From Pseudomonas phage IR-QUMS-PaBa1-GHS-2021, in the sequence record OP599913.1: a stretch of 40,000 nucleotides of DNA. The stretch is one strand, 5' to 3'. Below the pieces are notes generated by a model that saw only the letters and a program-made list of their open reading frames with translations, had not been told where the DNA came from and ran no database searches. The position numbers and the translations under genes were made by a program. Positions 35,853 to 40,000 of this stretch are shown here, one piece after another. How positions within the stretch are numbered: position 1 is the stretch's first letter; each line of letters begins with the position of its first letter.

Positions 35853-37289
35853 ATGTCCGAAATGTTGGTGACATTGACCCGAGCCATCTTTGGCATGGGA
35901 AATAGCAACCACGATCACGTTCATCGTCATAACCAACTCAACCTGGACAGTACTGAGGTGGATGATCTCATCATGGAACAAGTCAATGGAGGTGTCACCG
36001 CAGGTACCCTGAACCGCATTGCTGCCTCCAGCGGTAACTTGTCCCAGCGCCCTCAGGGTTACGTCTCCGTCGAAGAAGGCTTCGGTGTACGGCGGGGAAT
36101 TGGACAACTCACGTTCGTTATTGAAAGCAATTCGAACTTCCATTCGGAAATGTGTGTGGTGGGGTATCTCTTTGGAGGCACTGCGTCGGAACAAGGTATC
36201 TCGGATGACACCATGTTCGTTCCGGTACGGACTTGGTCAACCTTGACGACCAACACCCATGACAGTCAAGGCTTCCCGATGACCAAGCGGATGATCGACA
36301 GTTCCCACCAGTTCCTCATGGGATCGGTGGATCAGAACAAAGACCTGAAAGCCGTACGTCCGTTGGATGTTGGGAATGAAGCCTTGGGGTTTGCCGCCAG
36401 TGAAGAAGATGGTTCTGAGATGATGTATTCCGGGACGGTGGGGAGCGACCTCAAGAACAACACCTTGATGTCGAAGACCCTCAACCTCAACCCCACGCAT
36501 TATTCCCGGGAGTTGCTCAAACTGGCCACCAATGCAGGGTTCCACTCCTCCAATGGCAGTTCGTTGGAAGTGGAACTGTCCAACGGATTGATCGGCGAAT
36601 CGATTGGAGAGCTTTCTCCGCTCGAAAACCCTTTCATGCGGGCGATGATGCAATCCACCGGTCAGTACATGCTGGGTGGTTTCCAGGGATTCAGTATTGG
36701 GGAAATCTATCAGGTCTTCGATAACCTGTTGGATGTCATGAACCTCAACCTGTTGAATCCCAGTTCCTTTGCAGAAGACAACACCTTGCTCACCAGCAGT
36801 GAATATGGCTCTGCGGGTAACCATGAGGTGATTGCTACGGAACTGGCGATGATGTCGGTTCACTTGATGTTGCAGTGCGGTCTCTCCAGCCTACGGTTCT
36901 CCGCCACCAATAACCTCATGGAATATAGCACGATCATGGATGATGGTGTGGGTGTCGCTTTCGTCATCGGTGAAGCCATGTCCATGTTGGACAATGACAT
37001 GTTCGTGGAAAACCGGGTGGAGGACTTCAAGCGTCTGATCGCCCAACACTTCTTCTCGAAATACTCGGGTCCTCATGTTCATTTGAGAACCTTGATGAAT
37101 ATTGAGGTGGAGTGCTACATGTTTGGTGAGATCGTTATTACGATTGCGTTCAATGGGGAAGACAACGAGAAAACCTTCACCAACGCCACCTACTACATTA
37201 ATCATACCAGTAGCAGCATTGCCGGTAATGAAAACGGCCTGTTGGAAGCCAAGAACTTCCTGACTGGTATTCGTGAATACTTCAGCTAA
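35853..37289 (+). CDS. conserved hypothetical protein, likely abundant
   Basis: 478-aa ORF, GAGGAAACAAAC-ATG, biased codon use. Confidence 0.65.
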   Translation: MSEMLVTLTRAIFGMGNSNHDHVHRHNQLNLDSTEVDDLIMEQVNGGVTAGTLNRIAASSGNLSQRPQGYVSVEEGFGVRRGIGQLTFVIESNSNFHSEMCVVGYLFGGTASEQGISDDTMFVPVRTWSTLTTNTHDSQGFPMTKRMIDSSHQFLMGSVDQNKDLKAVRPLDVGNEALGFAASEEDGSEMMYSGTVGSDLKNNTLMSKTLNLNPTHYSRELLKLATNAGFHSSNGSSLEVELSNGLIGESIGELSPLENPFMRAMMQSTGQYMLGGFQGFSIGEIYQVFDNLLDVMNLNLLNPSSFAEDNTLLTSSEYGSAGNHEVIATELAMMSVHLMLQCGLSSLRFSATNNLMEYSTIMDDGVGVAFVIGEAMSMLDNDMFVENRVEDFKRLIAQHFFSKYSGPHVHLRTLMNIEVECYMFGEIVITIAFNGEDNEKTFTNATYYINHTSSSIAGNENGLLEAKNFLTGIREYFS

Positions 37290-37303
37290 GAGGATAACCG
37301 CTC

Positions 37304-38740
37304 ATGCACGAAACCAATGAACTGAACAAACTGTACGAAGCGATGTGTTTGTCGTGGGGGGCGCAGGTTAAGGAACAGGGACGACTCGTCTTTATGATCG
37401 ATGGGGAAGAATTCCCACTCCGTATTGATGGGATGACCCTCCACCTGCCGCTGAGCGAAGTCCTGGACGGGAACTGTGTGGATAAGGTCTTCTTCCACCC
37501 TGCCTGTGAAAACATCGTGTCGAAAGAAACGGAAGTGTTCAAGATCATCCGGCGGATGACCTGTATGAAACTGCTGGATACCTTCCGTCGTATTCCGATG
37601 GTGTTGTTCACCGTCGCCGGCCATAAGCCCAAGAGTACCTGGAACCAACGTATCCATGACATGCTGGAACCCCTTAAAGGTGCCAAGCGTGCGGTACGGG
37701 ATGAACTCAATGCGTTGTTCAGCCGTATGCATGTGGAAGTGGAAGAGAATGGGTTGGATAACCGTTTCATTCACTTCAAGGTATCTAAGGGTGGCGGTAC
37801 CAGCAAGACCACGGGTCAACGGATCTATTACAAGACCCGCCCGGAGTTTCCGTTCTATACGGAAATCGTTCGTCGTCTGGCACGTTCAGATGGTCAATCG
37901 GATAACCAGACCATTGAAATCAATAACCACACGGTCTCCAGAGCAGCACTTCGTCTGGCCGCCCATATCTTCCAGAACGTCCTCCCGGCGGTGAACAGTC
38001 CCAGTGACTATGAGTTTGAATCGACTTCCCCGGTGGCGTCTCGTCTAGTGTCCTACATGGGGTGCTATGCGGAAATCGCGGATCAATTGAATAAGATCCA
38101 GAATACCTTCCGATCTGATTTCGATAAAGTCGGGTTGTACCCGATTGATCTGAGCTGGACGGAACGCCTGGAAGAACTGCCAGATATCTATCGTCAAGTC
38201 CCGGTACTGGATTACAACAGCCACAACACCCATGATGAAGTCCAGCATCAAGCAGTGAGTCGGAATGACATGGGTGGTCTGCTGTCGGTTACCAGTACCA
38301 ACCAACAGGGTGTTTCTCAACATCAATCTCAACAGCAGCACGTTGCCGGAATGAACGGGGACTATGACGTATCACCTCCGCAGATGCAAGCGGGTGACCG
38401 GTATGTCCGTACTGAGATCGATTATGTCGGTCAGCGTGTCCTCCACCATGCGGTTAACCAAACCACCAATAACCCGGTCGTCTACATCTGTAGTCGTAAA
38501 GGGAACTTCCTGCAACGCTCTGAAACCAACATGATGCTTCAGCAAATGGGTATGTTGGGTGGGATGGGTGGTATGATGGGTGGAACGATGCTGGCCAATG
38601 GGATGGTTCAACTGCCGAACGGTATGATCGTGAATCCGCAGATGATGGGGGGTGTTTCGATGCCTACACCTACCGCCGCGCCGAGTGTATATCCGGATGC
38701 TGGTATGGGGTTTGACCTGGGAGCCCCAGGTATCTTCTAA
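37304..38740 (+). CDS. conserved hypothetical protein with Gln/His-rich linker and Met/Gly-rich C-terminal tail
   Basis: 478 aa; GVSQHQSQQQH and MMLQQMGMLGGMGGMMGGTMLANG... low-complexity segments. Confidence 0.6.
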   Translation: MHETNELNKLYEAMCLSWGAQVKEQGRLVFMIDGEEFPLRIDGMTLHLPLSEVLDGNCVDKVFFHPACENIVSKETEVFKIIRRMTCMKLLDTFRRIPMVLFTVAGHKPKSTWNQRIHDMLEPLKGAKRAVRDELNALFSRMHVEVEENGLDNRFIHFKVSKGGGTSKTTGQRIYYKTRPEFPFYTEIVRRLARSDGQSDNQTIEINNHTVSRAALRLAAHIFQNVLPAVNSPSDYEFESTSPVASRLVSYMGCYAEIADQLNKIQNTFRSDFDKVGLYPIDLSWTERLEELPDIYRQVPVLDYNSHNTHDEVQHQAVSRNDMGGLLSVTSTNQQGVSQHQSQQQHVAGMNGDYDVSPPQMQAGDRYVRTEIDYVGQRVLHHAVNQTTNNPVVYICSRKGNFLQRSETNMMLQQMGMLGGMGGMMGGTMLANGMVQLPNGMIVNPQMMGGVSMPTPTAAPSVYPDAGMGFDLGAPGIF

Positions 38741-38757
38741 GCAACCATAACCTTACC

Positions 38758-38787
38758 AGTACCTAGCGGGATGTCCCGCTAGGTACT
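38758..38787. terminator. intrinsic terminator between convergent genes
   Basis: 14-nt perfect inverted repeat AGTACCTAGCGGGA / TCCCGCTAGGTACT separated by TG, followed by GTATTTTCT. Confidence 0.8.
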
Positions 38788-38815
38788 GTATTTTCTCTAT
38801 TTTATTCCAGTATTT

Positions 38816-39145
38816 TTACGCTTGGGTCGTATTACTACGTGCAACGGCCTGGGTCAAATGGGCCTCGTCAATTATCTTGTAACTTTGCATGCCCGCACAA
38901 TCCATAAAGGGATCTTCAATCCCATTCAGATAGGCAGTGACCCACAGCATATGGTTTTCAACCCCTTGAACCCTCAAGAATCGATAGAAGTCATACCGAT
39001 AAGCGTACAGTTGTGCGTGAGAGACGATTGGAATCTCCTGGGTTTGACGGAGGAGTATTTCCCGTTCGGACCGCACCAAGACTTTGAACCGTTCAGTAAA
39101 GAAGAAATCACGTCCTTCACTGAAGTTAACAATAGACAGTGGCAT
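38816..39145 (-). CDS. small hypothetical protein, weakly reminiscent of gp53-type baseplate wedge proteins
   Basis: 109 aa; LYAYRYDFYRFLRV...HMLWVTAYLNGIEDPF. Orientation supported by a terminator between convergent genes; family call is only a resemblance. Confidence 0.4.
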   Translation of the reverse strand: MPLSIVNFSEGRDFFFTERFKVLVRSEREILLRQTQEIPIVSHAQLYAYRYDFYRFLRVQGVENHMLWVTAYLNGIEDPFMDCAGMQSYKIIDEAHLTQAVARSNTTQA

Positions 39146-39223
39146 GGAGAAGATCCTTATCGATGCAGCTAACCATTTTTGAACCTATATTATTTCTGTG
39201 ACCCAACATAAGGAATTATCCCA

Positions 39224-40000
39224 ATGGAATACTTAACGACCCAACGAAGTCGATTGTATCCCAACCTGGATACTCGTCTGGTATTAAACAAAACCATAGG
39301 GTGTTCACGTTTCATATGGAACGCTCTACTGGGTAATCATAAGGAAGAATACGGTCTTTGGGTAGAGGATCCAGAAACTCATCCTAAACCGAGTTGTTCT
39401 TTAAGTTCCTTTAATCAAAAGCTGAATGAGCTTAAAGTTGAATACCCCTGGTTAAATGAGGTCAGTTCTGTTGCTTTACAACAAACAGTTCTTCATTTAA
39501 CCAAGGCTTTTAGTGAGTTCTTCCAGGGTATTCATGGTTATCCAAAATTTAAATCTAAACGAGATCCCGGTGGATTTAACCTCAGTAGTGCAGCGGGAAC
39601 TTTAGCCAAGGACGGCAAGATTCGAATCCCCAAGATAAAGGGATACACCACCTGTCGACCTAAGCTCCCGTTGGATCAGGAAATTAGGAACTACAGCATT
39701 GTCAAAGACCGAGTTGGGAATTACTTTGTCAATTGCTTAGTAACTAAACCTTGTCTACCGAATACGGCTAAAGGTCAAGGACTGGTGGGGGTTGATCTGG
39801 GGATTAAATCCTTAGCGGTGGCGAAGCGGTCTACAGGTGAAATCTTTACCTTGGAGAATCCTCGAACCTACATGAAGTACCACCGTAGACGTGTACGACT
39901 TCAACGGCGATTAGCCAAGAAACAGAAAGGGAGTCAAAACCGTAATAAAGCTAGAATTAAACTGGCCAAACTAGAACGTAAGGTCGGCAATATTCGCAAG
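39224..40000 (+). CDS. tnpB: TnpB-like protein (IS200/IS605 OrfB family, Cas12 ancestor family), truncated by window end
   Basis: AAGGAATTATCCCA-ATG; translation MEYLTTQRSRLYPNLDTRLVLNKTIGCSRFIWNALLG...GYPKFKSKRD...GLVGVDLGIKSLAVAKRSTGEIF...RLQRRLAKKQKGSQNRNKARIKLARLERKV, including the RuvC-I GVDLGIK motif. Open at the window edge, so missing from the ORF track. Confidence 0.85.
   Translation, partial: MEYLTTQRSRLYPNLDTRLVLNKTIGCSRFIWNALLGNHKEEYGLWVEDPETHPKPSCSLSSFNQKLNELKVEYPWLNEVSSVALQQTVLHLTKAFSEFFQGIHGYPKFKSKRDPGGFNLSSAAGTLAKDGKIRIPKIKGYTTCRPKLPLDQEIRNYSIVKDRVGNYFVNCLVTKPCLPNTAKGQGLVGVDLGIKSLAVAKRSTGEIFTLENPRTYMKYHRRRVRLQRRLAKKQKGSQNRNKARIKLAKLERKVGNIRK

Noticed and set aside
38822-39172. 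116-aa plus-strand ORF
   Set aside because: The minus-strand alternative has a more natural protein sequence, and the strong hairpin at 38758-38787 fits convergent transcription.
1-40000. CRISPR array
   Set aside because: No regularly spaced direct repeats were noticed; the repeats seen are single inverted repeats typical of terminators.

Overview
This window looks like part of the genome of a phiKZ-like, nucleus-forming (chimallivirus-type) jumbo phage. Functional calls come from motifs and remembered phiKZ/201phi2-1 gene order; no database search was run. The backbone contains a contractile tail tube and sheath pair (minus strand), three probable structural genes, and the large terminase. 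It also has a PhuZ-like tubulin, a divergent family-B-like DNA polymerase part, a probable nuclear-shell (chimallin) gene, and a non-virion RNAP beta'-like subunit. Further along are a metallophosphoesterase (SbcD/Mre11-like) and a protein with an SSB-like acidic C-terminal tip. Main points of interest: (1) a 313-aa intein in the terminase Walker A loop, with no Cys/Ser at position 1 but the W-C-T signature of class 3 inteins and a degenerate LAGLIDADG-like domain; (2) a group I intron with an HNH/NUMOD-type homing endonuclease that splits the RNAP beta' gene between ..YNA and DFDGDSM, inside the catalytic loop; (3) a proteasome beta/HslV-like Ntn-hydrolase one gene from phuZ; (4) a TnpB-like gene, without a visible TnpA, running off the right edge and absent from the supplied ORF track; (5) two long structured noncoding blocks flanking the Ntn-hydrolase gene; (6) a polymerase part with motif B (KIFNNSQSG) and motif C (SDTDA) but no visible exonuclease or motif A. 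Many perfect hairpin terminators separate transcription units.
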